The notes under the pieces were generated by a model, which saw only the letters and a list, made by a program, of their open reading frames with translations, was not told the origin of the DNA and made no database searches. Positions 1 to 13,621 of a DNA stretch of 64,000 nt are shown in pieces (within the stretch, counting starts at the first letter, position 1; the number at the start of each line of letters is the position of its first letter). Origin of the DNA: the human T2T-CHM13v2.0 reference genome, Homo sapiens. The DNA lies in assembly GCF_009914755.1 (NCBI RefSeq), contig NC_060931.1. One strand, given 5' to 3'. A program made the position numbers and the translations under genes.

Positions 1-725
1 CAGCTGGAGCGGCTGGGACGCAGGGCATCAAGTCCCTAGGCTGCACACAGCATGGGGACCCTGGGCCCAACCCACAAAACCACTTTTTCCTCCTGGGCCT
101 CAGGGCCTGTGATGGGAGGGGCTGCTGTGAAGACCTCTGACATGCCCTGGAGACATTTTCCCTATTGTCTCAGGGATTCACATTTGGCTCCTTGTTACTT
201 AGGCAAATTTCCACAGCTGGCTTGAATTTCTAGTCAGAAATTGGGATTTTCTTTTCTATCACACTGTCAGGCTGCAAATTTTCTGAACTTTTATGCTCTG
301 CTTCCCCTACAAAACCAAGCACCCAAGTCACCTTTTGAATGCTTTGCTGCTTAGAAATTTCTTCCGCCACATACCCTAAATCATCTTGCTCAAGTTCAAA
401 GTTCCACAAATGTCTAGGACAGGGGCAAAATGCTGCCAGTCTATTTGCTAAAACATAACAAGAGTCACTTTTGCTCTGGTTCCCAACAAGTTCCTCATTT
501 CCATCTGAGACCACCTCAGCCTGGACTTTATTGTCCATATTGCTGTCAGCATTTTAGGCAAAGCCATTCAACAAGCCTCTAGGAAGTGCCAAACTTTCCC
601 ACATTTTCCTGTCTTCTGCTGAGCCCTGCAAACTGTTCCAACCCCTGCCTGTTACCCAGGTCCAAAGTTGCTTCCACATTTTTGGTTATCTACAGCAGTG
701 CCCCACTCTACCGGTACCAATTTAC
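1..725 (-). mobile_element. THE1 (ERVL-MaLR) internal region, continuing beyond the window start
   Basis: Typical THE1-int text (ggcctgtgatgggaggggctgctgtgaagacctctgacatgccctggagacattttcc...) contiguous with the LTR at 726. Confidence 0.9.
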
Positions 726-1080
726 TATATTAGTCTGTTTTCATGCTGTTGATAAAGACATACCCGAGACTGGGTAATTTATACAGGAAAGTGATTTAAT
801 TGACTCACAGTTCCACATGGCTGGGGAGGCCTCACAATCATGGTGAAAGACCAAGGGATGTCTTACATGGCAGCAGGTAAGAGAGAGTTTGTGCAGAGAA
901 ACTCCCCCTTATAGAACCATCAGATCTTGTAAGACTTATTCACTACCATGAGAACAGCACGAGAAAGACCCACTCCCATGATTCAAGTGCCTCCCACTGG
1001 GTCTCTCCCACAATACATGGGAATTGTGGGAGCTACAATTTAAGATGGGATTTGGGTACAGACACAGCCAAACCATATCA
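726..1080 (-). mobile_element. THE1B-like 5' LTR
   Basis: The reverse complement starts TGATATGGTTTGGCTGTGTC and ends ...GTCTCGGGTATGTCTTTATCAACAGCATGAAAACAGACTAATATA, matching THE1 LTR termini. Confidence 0.9.
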
Positions 1081-1547
1081 CTAGCCCTAAGGCAGGTGCC
1101 AGTTACATTGTCTCACCAGAGCACCCTGAGAGCCACAGCCAGGAGAGAAATGGTGGGCAGGACCCACTACAGGTCCACCCTGGTGGGCATACATGTGCAG
1201 GCACCTGGGCAACGCAGCTCAGCACAGCCTCACGACTCCAACTCCCCTCCGTGAACAGCCCCGGGGGTCAGGATGTGGAGGAGGCCAGGACCAGTGAGGA
1301 TGGGGCCACTGCATCACCACCCTGGGCTGAAGACCCCTCCACCATGTCCTGGGTAAGCCACACAACCTCACCCACTTTTTGGTGTAAAACAGGTAAAACA
1401 GCATGGAATTTGCAAAGTATCCCATGAATGCGACTGTTCTCCTCCCCACTCCCCTCTTCTCTCCTCAGAAAGTCGCCATGAAGGAAAGAAATACATAAAT
1501 CTGTCTTCTGCAAAAACAATTTTTCCAGCCCCATTCTATTCTTACAG

Positions 1548-2047
1548 CAGGAGTCCCCAACCCCCGGGCCATGAACCAGTACAAGAACCAGGCCACACAG
1601 CAGGAGGTGAGCAGCAGGTGTGCGAGCATTCCCGCCTGAGTTCCGCTGCCTGTCAGATCAGCAGTGGTGTTAGATTTTACAGGAGTGCAAACCCCATTGT
1701 GAACTGCACACAGGAGGGACAGAAGCTGCACACTCTGTACGAGAATCTAATGCCTCATGATCCAAGGTGGAGCTGAGGCAGTGATGGGAGTGCTGGGGAG
1801 CAGCTGCAAACACAGATTAACATGAGCAGAGAGGTCTGACTGCACAGAGATCACAATCAATCAATTGCTTGCAGACACATATGAAAACCCTATCAGTGGG
1901 CTTTAGAGTGGCAAATGAGTTGGAAAAAAGTGCACAATAAACATATTGCACTTGGATCTTTCCAAAACCACACCCCCAACCATGGTCCATGGAAAAACTG
2001 TCTTCCAGGAAGCTGGTCCCTGGTGCCAAAAAGGTTGGGGACCACTG
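1548..2047 (+). mobile_element. MER1A-like hAT-Charlie DNA transposon, full length
   Basis: Terminal inverted repeats CAGGAGTCCCCAACC / GGTTGGGGACCACTG; perfect 8-bp TSD TCTTACAG at 1540-1547 and 2048-2055. Confidence 0.92.
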
Positions 2048-3925
2048 TCTTACAGCCTATTGATAAACGGCACACTCCGTCAGTATCCCACAGTACATTA
2101 ATGTTCATCATGACATGATGCCTGGAGAACATTAAGGCTCCTATTAACACATGAGGGGCCCTGAAGACCCACCTCCTGAGCTAACGTCCAACAAGAGTTC
2201 AAAAGACACACCTCATGCAGAACTCTTATTCAACAGAATTTGAAGAACTATTTTGAAGAATTATTTTTGTAACTCATTCAAAAAAAGTGATCAGAGGCAA
2301 AAGCAGCATGCAGGGTCAGGCACTTCTATTAGTGAATGTATCTATTTGATATAATCCACAGGGCCAGTATTTGCTTCAGAACGGAGCAATCATGCACATA
2401 ATATCATCCCTATAAACAAAATGGGAAATAGCATGGACTTAACATTCTAAAGTATAATATACTCTTCCAAAGGAGAGATTGCCCTCACCCTTTGTGGCTG
2501 CCAGTTTAAAGTGCAGAGTTTTGCCATGGAATGCCCTTTCAATTTTTTATTAATTACATGGAACCAAAGACTTTAAATAGCCTCCGGGATCCCAAAAAAT
2601 GATATTTTAAAATTATCCAGCTTTACTGTCAGAAATTTAATTTGAAGTTCAAAAGTCAAGATAAAACTAAAGTCATCAAAACAGAAGGACAAAAGAACTT
2701 TAAGTGGTCAGGAAAGAAAGGTGTGGGTTTGTGTTCAATTGCAGAAGAGTCTCAGTGTGAGAGTTTATGGAAACCCCAACAAGAGCCCACCTGCTCAGGT
2801 GTCTTCACGCACACATATGTCTCAAAGAGGCACACAGTAGCAGCAAACAACTACGGCCAGTTTGTGATGTTAATGACTTTTTTACAGAATTACGTAATAA
2901 CGTCATTAGTATTTTAAACCCTTTGGCATATGAGAGCCACTATGCTCCGGAAAGTGTGATCACACTGAAGGAATCCTTTTCACTTGAGTCCTTGGCTTGA
3001 AAATGCCACTGTTTGGATGGTTACTTCCTGTTGAGAACCTTGACCATTTTCAGGGACAGAACTTTAAACTCTGCTTGAAGCATCCCGCGCATCCTCTGTC
3101 TCATCGCTGGTCATCCATGTCCCTCACACACTCATGATTTGCGTGCACCAACTGTATCACAACCTGCTGGGCTCGCTCAAGGTACTTGGCACACATGTCT
3201 ATTTGTCTGCTGTCACCCAGGTGGCCACATTTGGAGGTCACCACACAGGAGGAGGAGCTGGTAAGGGCCTGCATTGCCCATTAATTTTGAGGATTTATGG
3301 TACCCTGGAAACCAAAAGGACCTTTCGGCCAGACACCAACACATCTCTCAGGAGCACAACACAGGGCAGAAGCAGCCGGGATGTGGGGACCGCGGGCTGT
3401 AAACTATTAATGCAAGATGCCAGGGGCAGCACCCAACCTCCAGAGGTTTTTCCCGCTGATCTCAGTGAAAGGTAGGCACTGACAGTATCCACAGTGTGAG
3501 AGGGCAGGGGCTCCTTAACAGTTACAGATCTCTGTATGCAAATGAAAGTACACAAAGCCAGACACTTAGGAAGAAGGCGCTTCAACAGGCACAGGTGTTA
3601 CTGCTTAAGCCAAGACAGATGAGTATAATGTAGAGAAACCCTGTATTACAGGAGGGATTAAGCCAGAAGGGTGTTTGTGGGAGGGAATGAACCTTCCCTT
3701 CATCAAAAATCACTGCAAACTGTGTGCATAACACCCATCTGTGTGTTTAAAATAAAAAATTTCATTTACTAATAAGTGATTACATTTGACCCTTAAACAT
3801 GCACTCTTTGTAAAAGTTACCAAAGGTACCAAAACTGAAATACTAATTGCCAGAAGACATTTTCACGAGTCAGAGGGCCGACCAAACACAGATGTCAGGG
3901 TGCACCTCTGCAGCATGTGGGCTAT

Positions 3926-4063
3926 GCGCATCAGTAAAATCACCTGCCCGCCCTCACAGCAGTATTTGCTGCGCATCAGTAAAATCACCTGCCCGCCCCC
4001 ACAGCAGGATTTGCTGGTGTGACTTCCGCCCTCACAGCAGAAGAATTTGCTGGTGTGACTTCC
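3926..4063. repeat. Two small overlapping tandem duplications
   Basis: gcgcatcagtaaaatcacctgcccgcc x2 and atttgctggtgtgacttcc x2, sharing cacagcag. Confidence 0.85.
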
Positions 4064-4893
4064 ATTCAGTGCATCAACGTCCCCTAATGGAGTTTCTGAT
4101 GTTTAAATTTTCCGTTCCACACTCCCACCAATGCCCCTGAAGCATGGAATAATAAATACGAAACCATTTGTCCTCTTCTGATAACATCGACAAGAACCTA
4201 AATGTCTTCTTTGTAAACCAATCATACCACACTATGTGAGTCCCACTGTAACAAAAGCTACTTTAATATAAAATTCTGGGAACAATTCCAGAGACAAGAG
4301 TCCCAACCAATTAAGGCAAGAAAGACACCACTGGAAAAAAAAGGTTTCAATTGAACCGATGAAGATGTACTCTGATGACATTTCAGATTTTGAAAGGATT
4401 TGAAGAAACATTAAGGGTGAAAGTGCAACAACCAAGTAGAATTGGCCTCTACTTTAAAATCTCACTGTATAGCAAGCAAAGAGAGCTGTTTTGAGATAAA
4501 ATGGAAAATCAGAAGTTTGGGCATCCATGAAACATTCTTGTTAATTAAAATCCAGCATAAAATTCCACACCTTGTTTCATTTCAGTGATTTAAACAATTA
4601 CATTAATGATAATAATGCCTTAAGTCAACAAAGGAGGTCCATACAATTTTTCCCTTTTAATGGGGTTTAGATATTACTCAAAGTTTACAAATGCTGGCAT
4701 ACAGAAAAGCACAAGTTCAGGCCTGCTACTGATGAGCTACGTGATACCAGAAAACGGTTTCAAGTCCGTTTCTAAATTTCCACAGTCTCCAGGAAGAAGA
4801 TGGGTTGGTGACCTTGTGCGTCTCTCCTGTGGTGAACACCATGGATTTCATCTCCAGGAAGAGGGCTCTGCTGTGTTTCCCTCCATGAGCAGA

Positions 4894-5744
4894 TGTGCCC
4901 CTCCTCCCATGCCCCGAGTCCCTCCTTCCGTGCTCCTCCTCCCTCCTCCCATTCCCCGAGTCCCTCCTCCTGTGCTCTGAGTCCCTATTTCTGTGCCCCT
5001 CCTCCCTCCTCCCATGCCCTGAGTCCCTCCTCCCGTGCCCCAAGTCCCTCCTCCCGTGCCCCGAGTCCCTCCTCCCGTGCCGAGTCCCTCCTTCTGTACC
5101 CCTCCTCCCTCCTCCCGTGCCCCAAGTCCCTCCTCCCATGCCCAGAGTCCCTCCTCCCATGCCCCAAGTCCCTCCTCCCATGCCCTGAGTCCCTCCTCCT
5201 GTGCCCCAAGTCCCTCCTCCCGTGCCCCGAGTCCCTCCTCCTGTGCTCTGAGTCCCTATTTCTGTGCCCCTCCTCCCTCCTCCCATGCCCTGAGTCCCTC
5301 CTCCCGTGCCCCAAGTCCCTCCTCCCGTGCCCCAAGTCCCTCCTCCCGTGCCGAGTCCCTCCTTCTGTACCCCTCCTCCCTCCTCCCGTGCCCCAAGTCC
5401 CTCCTCCCATGCCCAGAGTCCCTCCTCCCATGCCCCGAGTCCCTCCTCCCATGCCCTGAGTCCCTCCTCCTGTGCCCCAAGTCCCTCCTCCCGTGCCCCG
5501 AGTCCCTCCTCCTGTGCTCTGAGTCCCTATTTCTGTGCCCCTCCTCCCTCCTCCCATGCCCTGAGTCCCTCCTCCCGTGCCCCAAGTCCCTCCTCCCGTG
5601 CCCCGAGTCCCTCCTCCCGTGCCGAGTCCCTCCTTCTGTACCCCTCCTCCCTCCTCCCGTGCCCCAAGTCCCTCCTCCCGTGCCCCAAGTCCCTCCTCCC
5701 ATGCCCAGAGTCCCTCCTCCCATGCCCCGAGTCCCTCCTCCCAT
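4894..5744. repeat. C-rich ~21-bp minisatellite with a 271-bp higher-order period (~3 copies)
   Basis: Unit gtgccccgagtccctcctccc; marker gtccctatttctg recurs at 4981, 5252 and 5523. Confidence 0.95.
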
Positions 5745-6814
5745 GGTGCAGGAGCTGCGTCCGTTCATCCAGGCTCATTCATCCAATTCCCCTCGGGACC
5801 AGGGTATGCACTTTTCCAGGTAGCTTGATGGGGTCAGGGGAGCTTATAGCTATGGATGGGTGCAGGAGATGGGGCCAGTGGGGACATGAACCTGGAGAAA
5901 GCATAACTGAACACACTGTCGATCATCCAAATGCCCAAACATTTAACCTGGAAAAAAATGGATCCTTCAATCCCCAATCTTATCCACCATCACCAAATGT
6001 AGATGTACAACCTACCAGCGATCAAGTTCAGGCAACAAAAAACAGAAAGCCCAGCCCTTCACAGGCTCCTACTGCATCGACTCCCAGCTCTTGCTGTGGT
6101 GGTTTCAAGTGTTAATGCAGCTCTCCAGGGTTTTAGCAAATCTGCTACCCTAGGAGATGAATGGGAAGGTGTTAGCAACCTGCCACCCTGGGAGATGAAT
6201 GGGAAGGTGCTTCCACATCCTCCATGATGAACACGACTCCACACGGCCCGATCACCCACCTAAGCACTCGCCACAGGGGTGGGCTGAGGATGGGGGGACT
6301 GTGGCTTCTCACCCTCTGGGATCGCGTCTGCCCAGGCTCTTTTGATGACGCGTCTCTGTGGCAGCATGTGTTCTAGAACACGGGAGGCTCTGCCCAAATG
6401 CCTCTGAGGCCAAACCGGGACCCAGATCCCCAGGAGGCTGGGAAAGTCCTGCCCTAAGTGGCCTCAGCTTCAACCAGCAGCTGCCCTGGCTTCAGGGCCC
6501 ACACGGACAGATCTCCTGGTACCACATGGGAGACCAGAAACCTTTCCATGAAACTTTCAGAACTGTAAACACAGATGCCCAATTCACATAGACACTGAAA
6601 TCACATCTGCAAGCCAAATAGGTCAGGGAGGGCTCATCCTGCACCACAGGAGGGCTGAGGTGGGGCCAGGACCACGCTCACTGCCTTCGCTGGGGTCTCC
6701 GCAGGCTCCAGAGAGCTGGAAGGCAGATGGTGACCACAAAGACAACTCTTGTTTTGTAAGACGGTAGCCAAGGGCGCATTTACAAGTGGAGTGCGATCGG
6801 GTTACGATGTTGGA

Positions 6815-7179
6815 AAGCACTCTCTGGGTCCTGGGGGGACTGGACTCCAGGGGGCTGTGGCATCCCTGTCAGCTGAAGCACTCTCTGGGTCCTGGGGGGA
6901 CTGGACTCCAGGGGGCTGTGGCATCCCTGTCAGCTGAAGCACTCTCTGGGTCCTGGGGGGACTGGACTCCAGGGGGCTGTGGCATCCCTGTCAGCTGAAG
7001 CACTCTCTGGGTCCTGGGGGGACTGGACTCCAGGGGGCTGCGGCATCCCTGTCAGCTGAAGCACTCTCTGGGTCCTGGGGGGACTGGACTCCAGGGGGCT
7101 GTGGTATCCCTGTCAGCTGAAGCACTCTCTGGGTCCTGGGGGGACTGGACTCCAGGGGGCTGCGGCATCCCTGTCAGCT
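6815..7179. repeat. 61-bp VNTR, ~6 nearly identical copies
   Basis: Unit aagcactctctgggtcctggggggactggactccagggggctgtggcatccctgtcagctg. Confidence 0.97.
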
Positions 7180-7666
7180 CAGCTTGGCCCGGCCAGGCCC
7201 GGGGATGCAGCTGAAGGCGGAGAGCTGCTGTGAGGCCCTGGGAAGACGCGGTGGCCACCACCATCTGCTGAATCTGCTGACTTAAAGGCAATGGTGCTGG
7301 ATGGTCTCATCCAGGCGGAGGCTGCAGAGCCAGGGCGAAGTTTCCTGAAGGAGATGGAATCCTGCTGTAGATGGCGGCAACATGAAGAGCTGTCAAAGTC
7401 TCCAAGCCGCTGCCCTGTGGGATTCGGACAAGAGGCTGCAGCAGGAACCCGCCTCTGAATTCCCAGCCCACCAGCTGCCCTGCAGATGTCAGACCCGCCA
7501 GGCCCCCAATCGGTGAGCTAATGCCTTGAAATACTGTCTCTGTCTGTACACACACATATATCTCTATTTACACACACATATATCTATTTATACACACACA
7601 TCTCTATTTATACACACATACAAACCCCCTGCTGAGTCTGTTTCTCTGGAGAACCCCAGCTCCACA
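7180..7666 (+). mobile_element. MLT2-family (ERVL) LTR, diverged
   Basis: 3' part ...ctgccctgcagatgtcagacccgccaggcccccaatcggtgagctaatgccttgaaata, a TA/CA-rich tract, then tctgtttctctggagaacccc, which is the MLT2 end. The 5' boundary is uncertain. Confidence 0.7.
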
Positions 7667-7869
7667 GCAGCCTTCTCCCCACAGAAAATACTTTCGGAGG
7701 ATTCCCCCGACCCCAGGATGTAGCCACCTCTCCCCTGTGTCGGCTTCACTCTGCAGGTCTCGGCAAGGAGCACCCCTGTCCACACTGAACAAGAAGCCCC
7801 TGGACCCTTCCGAGTGGCCATCACCTGATCCACGGCCACATCCTCCACGGGAAGCCACGGTTCACGTCA

Positions 7870-8494
7870 ATCCCGGCACCAAGGTCCCAGAATTCACAGC
7901 TTCTGGGCTCGGTCCCGCAAGACCACCCCCCCATGAGGGCCAGTGCAGATGGACAGCCAGGCCACCTGCATTTCTTCCCAGCCAGCGACAAACTCGGCTG
8001 CCCACAACCTCCTCGGGTGCGATTTTTCTTTGGATGACACAGAACTTGGGAAAGCACTTCACTCACCATCACTAGCTCTTATAAAGGACACAGCTCAAGG
8101 AGAGCCAAACTGAGGGACGCACGGGGCAGGGTGCAGGGCACACGTCACACCTGCCCTGGGTGCACCAGGCTCCCTGCACCTCCACGTGTCTGCCAACCTG
8201 CGAGCTCCATGAACCTCTCACTTAGTTCTCTATGCAGGTTTCACGTACATAGGCATGATGGATTAAATCACTGGCCATTGGTGATTAACCCCCCAAGAGT
8301 TGGGGGGGCCTGAAAGGCCCAACCATCTAATGGTGCCTTGGCCTTTCTGGCCACCAGCCCCACCCTGAAGCCAGCCAGGGCTCCCAGCCACCTCTCAGCA
8401 CACAAAAGACACTCATCGCCCCAGAGACTCCAAGGGTCTCAGGAGCCAGGAACCAGACACAAACTCCAAATACATACGTTATTATTAACCCACA
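7870..8494 (-). mobile_element. MER21-family LTR (MER21B/C-like)
   Basis: Hallmarks taggcatgatggattaaatcactggccattggtgat and tgaaaggcccaaccatctaatggtgccttggcctttctgg. Confidence 0.8.
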
Positions 8495-11400
8495 CACAGA
8501 TGATACAAAACTTCTTTTTCACCCTCCAATGCTCAGTGCTGAGCTCAGCTGTGATCGATCTGAAGGAATAGGTCAACCCTAAGGGCTAAGCTCGGACTGG
8601 CGATTAGAACCTACAACCATGGAGGCTTGATTTCACCCAACGTGAGGCGGGCCCCTGGAAGGAGAAGGGCTCCAGATGCAGGCAGGGCAGTGCCTGGGCC
8701 TCAAAGTCTGCGAAGAGAAGCTGAAGGGAAACAGGCGTCCGAAGGGCCACACCTGGGCCCCGAAGCCCTCGGCAGGAGGCAGGTGCGGCCACTGAGGCCA
8801 CACCACACTTCAGTGAGTGATTCCTCACAGAATGAAACACGACACACCTGCTGTACATAAAGTTGTTTTTAAGATCAGCCCAGGCTGCGACGCATGTGGA
8901 GGACACGCAGCCGTGTCCATAGACCACACGAAGTGAAAGCGCACTTTGACTGTGAAATCCAATTACTTTGGATTTAAGCTCTGAAATGCAAGTTCATTAG
9001 AAAAGAGATGTATTGTGCCTTCTTTCTGTGGTGGCCCCTCAATTAATCCTCTGGTCATTGAAGAATGAAAAACATCAACCCACAGGCTTCCCTTGCACAG
9101 ACACCAGAGTCTGAGTGAATAATTATGGTTTTGATTCTGAGTTATGAAACAAACACTCCTCCTTATTAAATAAATTAAAAATAATGGGATCTGCGAAAGA
9201 TCAATACACAAGAAAGGTACATTTGCAATAACGGCTGCCGCCGTCACAAATGCAATTCTAGACTCAGCCACCAGCCTGGCTGCTGGAACCAGGCCCTGCA
9301 AGAACACGGATGACAACACAGATGCACGGATAAATCATCACGCGTCGCATTCCCAGAATAGAAAACGGGCTAAACGCAAGTTCTGTCCTTCCTGCTCTCC
9401 TTTGTTCCTGGCCACATCTTAGTTTTCACAAACGGGCTCTTGGAGAAAAGAGGTGAGAGCCTCAGCAAAGGTTGTGGGATGTTAATGGACACATCCAGAA
9501 AGCAGGGCCCTGGCCCAAGACGCGTGGTGAGGCAGCCCCAGGTGCTGTCCTCCGGTGCAGCCAGGCCTCCTGCATCCACCTCGGATGACTCTGTAATGAC
9601 GCTGTTCACATCCACAGAAGACAGGAGGATCCTACGGAGGGATGAAGCCTCTCAAACGTCTACACGATACTCAGCTGCGTTTATTCAAACCGATCTTCTT
9701 TGTGCCCCAGCTCCATCCCCACCCCACCACCCTGTCCTCTCATCCCCCGGCTGCTGAGTGTGCACAGAGGCATGTCCCCTTGAACTCAGAGGCGCCGTCG
9801 CCCTGGGCCGTGTCCTCCCACGGCTCTCATGGTCACACAGCTCAGTGGCTGCTATGTGGAAATGGCCTCTCCTTGCAGCCAGGGGCAGCCGGCACCTGGA
9901 ACAGCAATGAACTCGACTAAGAAGTTATTCCCATGCAGCGAGTGGCACTAAGTCGCAGCCAAACCAATTTGCTTCATGGGAAACACATTTGCCTTCAAAG
10001 AACACGTAAAGTGGAATCAGCAGCCAGACGGAGTTATGAGGTGAGACCTGCGGAGTCTCTGAGCTGGAGGCCCTTCTGCCCCAGGACAGTCACAGCAGGC
10101 ACCCCGACCCCATCCCTTCTCCAGCCTCGCAGTAGGACCATCGTGCTGGAGGGCCTCGGCCAAGGTAGGAGGGAACGCAGGCATCTGGACACCGAGTGGC
10201 CGCAATGCTGCTCACTGTGGCTCTGGGAGCTGAGCCTGTCCTATGCCAACTGCTGTCCACTGCCCGGCCAGGCTTGCCCCGTCCCAGAGGGTGCAGAACC
10301 ACCAGCCCCTCAGCTCTCAGCGCACTTTGCGGGAGAGCTGGCCGATGTCTCCCAAGCCTTCTCTTCTCGCGCATCGTCCCCTTAACTGTCAGCTCCACTC
10401 TACAAATGTCCTCTCAAAATGCGAAGCTCAAGGTGGGTATGTCATGCCCCAAAGAGGCTCCGAAAAATGGAGGGGCAGGAAGGGCAGATGAAAACCCATC
10501 CCCCACGGGTGCCGCGTCACATGCACTGTGTCCACGTGGCAGGCTCTGTCCGCTGTCAGGGCCCTACAGGAACAAGCCCTCCTGAAATGGTGTGAAACCC
10601 ACCCCCACCTCCACTAATTCACCACTTCCAAATTCGAGGGGTGGAAATCATCCTAACTACAGACTAGATTTTCTTCCCTCTTGCGACGGTTGTAACGCAA
10701 CAGCCATGTTTCACGTTCAGATGTACAGCTGCAGGAACAAATACTTCTTATTCCAAACACCCTGACCCAGCAGCTGCTGCTCCCTTAAAGATAAAAAGAA
10801 CCTGCACGAGAGACATTGACTTCCATTCCCTGGAGGGACCCTCTGGGGCCAATGGCCGAGGAGAAAGGGGCTGTGAGCCCACGCCATCCCTCCAAGCCTG
10901 GAAGCCCAGGCGCCACCCTCCCTTGTCTGAAACCGCGCTCCCTCTCCTGGCCAAGCTGCACCAGGCCCGAAATCCAGGTCCGGGCCCTGACACCCAGCTA
11001 TACTCACAGGCCCATCTCTCCTTCGGACGCTGACTGCAGAGGCCCGTCGGGAAAGAGACCATGTCCTGGGAAGGTGTCTCAGCCACAGCAGCCTCCCCTA
11101 GCTTCTTCCTGAGGCTTAAGGTCACCATGAGGAGGATACAAATGTCTCATTTTATGATGAGAAATGCCCACCTACCCCGCAGGAGGAGAGGCCTTCCCAC
11201 ATTTTCCCACCAGCACCCATGCTGCACATGCCCCTTGAGATGCAGGCCCAACCCCTGCCAGGACATAGAGCAGCTGGAGTCCCACCCCAGCCCCTCACAG
11301 CCCTGACCAGCTGCCCAGGCTGGATGCAGCCCTGCAGCCCTGGGGATGGGAGGAGGCAGGAGGTTTCCCCAGTGCCAGGCCCTGGTCAGTACCGGGGGCG

Positions 11401-13621
11401 GGGGAGGAAAGGAGCTGCACCCCCAGCCAGACAAGGCCACAAACAGGGCACAACAGTGAGCAGCACTGCTCTCACCAGAATTTAAAAGCAAACAGATTTG
11501 CCACCTGGGATGACGCCCTCAGGAATGAGCACCTTTGAGACAGGGAGCCCGCCTGTGAGCCGAGAGTCCTCCACCAGGCCCCCAGGGTGGCTTCAGGAGG
11601 GACCGTTTGCAGGGCAGGGATGATGCAGTACTGGGCTGGTGCGGGGGGAGTAGCCATACCCAGGGGAGGGAATTGTGAGGACTGGGCTGCCTTTGGGGGT
11701 GACCTTTGGCCAAGGGACAATGGCCAGGCTGGGGCTTCCGTGGGGAGGGAATGAGGGTGGACCTCCCCTCTCCCTCCCTTCATCTCCTGTCCATCCTCAG
11801 GGTGAGGACTCTGATGTGGCCATGCAGGTCAAACTCCCCGAGGAGGAGAGGGGCTGGGTCAGGGACCACCCCAGCACTGGACACAGGGTGTGGACACAAA
11901 GGCAAGCCTCCTGGGCACTGTGGATGTTCCACAAGATGGGTCCACTCATGAGACCGTGGCTGAGCGGCAGGCACAGGGCAACCCCAAGTGTTCTGTCCAT
12001 GCGTCAGCTCACACGAGGAGAGGGCGGCGGGGATCTGCTGCACACCCAGCGTTGTCTGGGGAACCATCCTGGCATGGAGCAGGGCCTCACAGGACAGCCG
12101 CTTCTCTTGGCCAGCAAGAGCTCCACGTGGGGGCACGGCCCCAGCAGCCAGTGAGGATGGCAGAACATGTGGGTGCAGCCCTGTCCTTGTGTCCGTGGGG
12201 GAGGAGTCAACTCACCGGGGTCTGACCACATCAAGGTGCTACAGAAACACATTGTAGATCAATGTGTTTCACCAACTGCGAAGACACAAAGCCGGGCCCT
12301 GGGTCCAGTCAGCAGCCAAGGGGCAGGGTCCTTGGAAGCCAAGCCGGAGCCTCGCCAGGACCCCACAGGCTTCCCGGTATCCCCTGCGGACAGGACCATC
12401 CTGCTCTGGTTATCTGTCCACATCCCAAAGCCTCATCGGACCTGCAGGTATGTCTCACCCCAGGCAGCCCCTCTCGGTAGAATTTTAGAAATAACTTCCT
12501 TCCATTAAGGAAGAACAGGGTGATGAGAACTCCTCGAGCACGCCTGTCAACCTCAGTGTCTAGAACCACCAGCCCCTCCAGGGAGGCTGAAAACAGCAAG
12601 TCCACAGAGAGAAAGGGCTGCACAGGCCCAGCTGCCCAGGCCCCTGTGCCTGCTGCAGAGAAGGAAGGGGAGTCCTTTCCAGGGGCCTCTGCACCCCAGG
12701 TGGCCCTGGTCTTACTCGATGTTGGCTGGAAAGGAGACTGGGCAGGAAGAAAACGGGAGCTGGAAACCATCCCATCCTGGTCACAGCGCCTCCAACGCAC
12801 CCTCCTCACCCCACGGCGTCTTTAAAAAGGCCGAAACCTGGGTTTGAAAATCCTGCAAACATCCAAGAGACTCAAATGCTGCGTGATAAATTTAGAAAGG
12901 TCAAGTGTACTTAACACGCTCTGCCACGAACACTGAAGGAAAATTAAAGTTCAGCCTGGTTTCCTTAAACATCATCACCAGGGGGCACGTCGGAGGGACT
13001 TCGCTCTGGGAGACGCCTTGCAGGACGACCCCGGGCAACTTCAGCCTCCACATAAATGACACAGAAATGGTTCCCAGAACAAAAGAGGACACTCTGAGCC
13101 TGACAGGGGATGGAGGTGTTTCCCTCAGACAACATAAAGGTCTCAGGCCCGGCACCTGCTGCAGACCGGCCTCAGCTCTGGGTTTCTCCCTTTGGTGAAT
13201 CTGCACCTTTTGGAAGTGGAAGTCATCTTTCAGCGTCATTTTCATCAGAGTTTCTAGCTTTTCACAGCTTAGTGGGGGATGCTTCCCAATAGTGTGATGG
13301 CTCTAATGCTTTTCATTATAATCTCATCGCCTAACACTGGTGAAGAAGGAATCATGACGTGATTGCAACACACTTCAAGGAAGCCCACACCGTCTTCATG
13401 ATGGAACTTCACTCAGGGGCTTCTCAAACGTGGTGAGCAGCCTGGGTTCAATGTATATCACCTTCCATCACCTCCCTCCCCAGCCAAGGCCACGTCCCCT
13501 AACACACAATCAAACCCAAACCCCAAGGACACCACTGCTCTGGGACCCCCACCCTTCATCTCTCACCCCTTAAACTGTGCCATCAGCCCATCCACTGGCA
13601 TCCTGGGTAACAATGTCCCAC

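Noticed and set aside
4894-5744. PRDM9-A 13-mer motif in the C-rich array
   Set aside because: The closest words (CCTCCCGTGCCCC, CCTCCCATGCCCC) lack the conserved T of CCNCCNTNNCCNC
4726-6115. Overlapping SPRR/cornifin-like (SLLPCPE) and Gly-rich ORFs
   Set aside because: Open in several frames on both strands because of the 21-bp repeat; the resemblance is compositional
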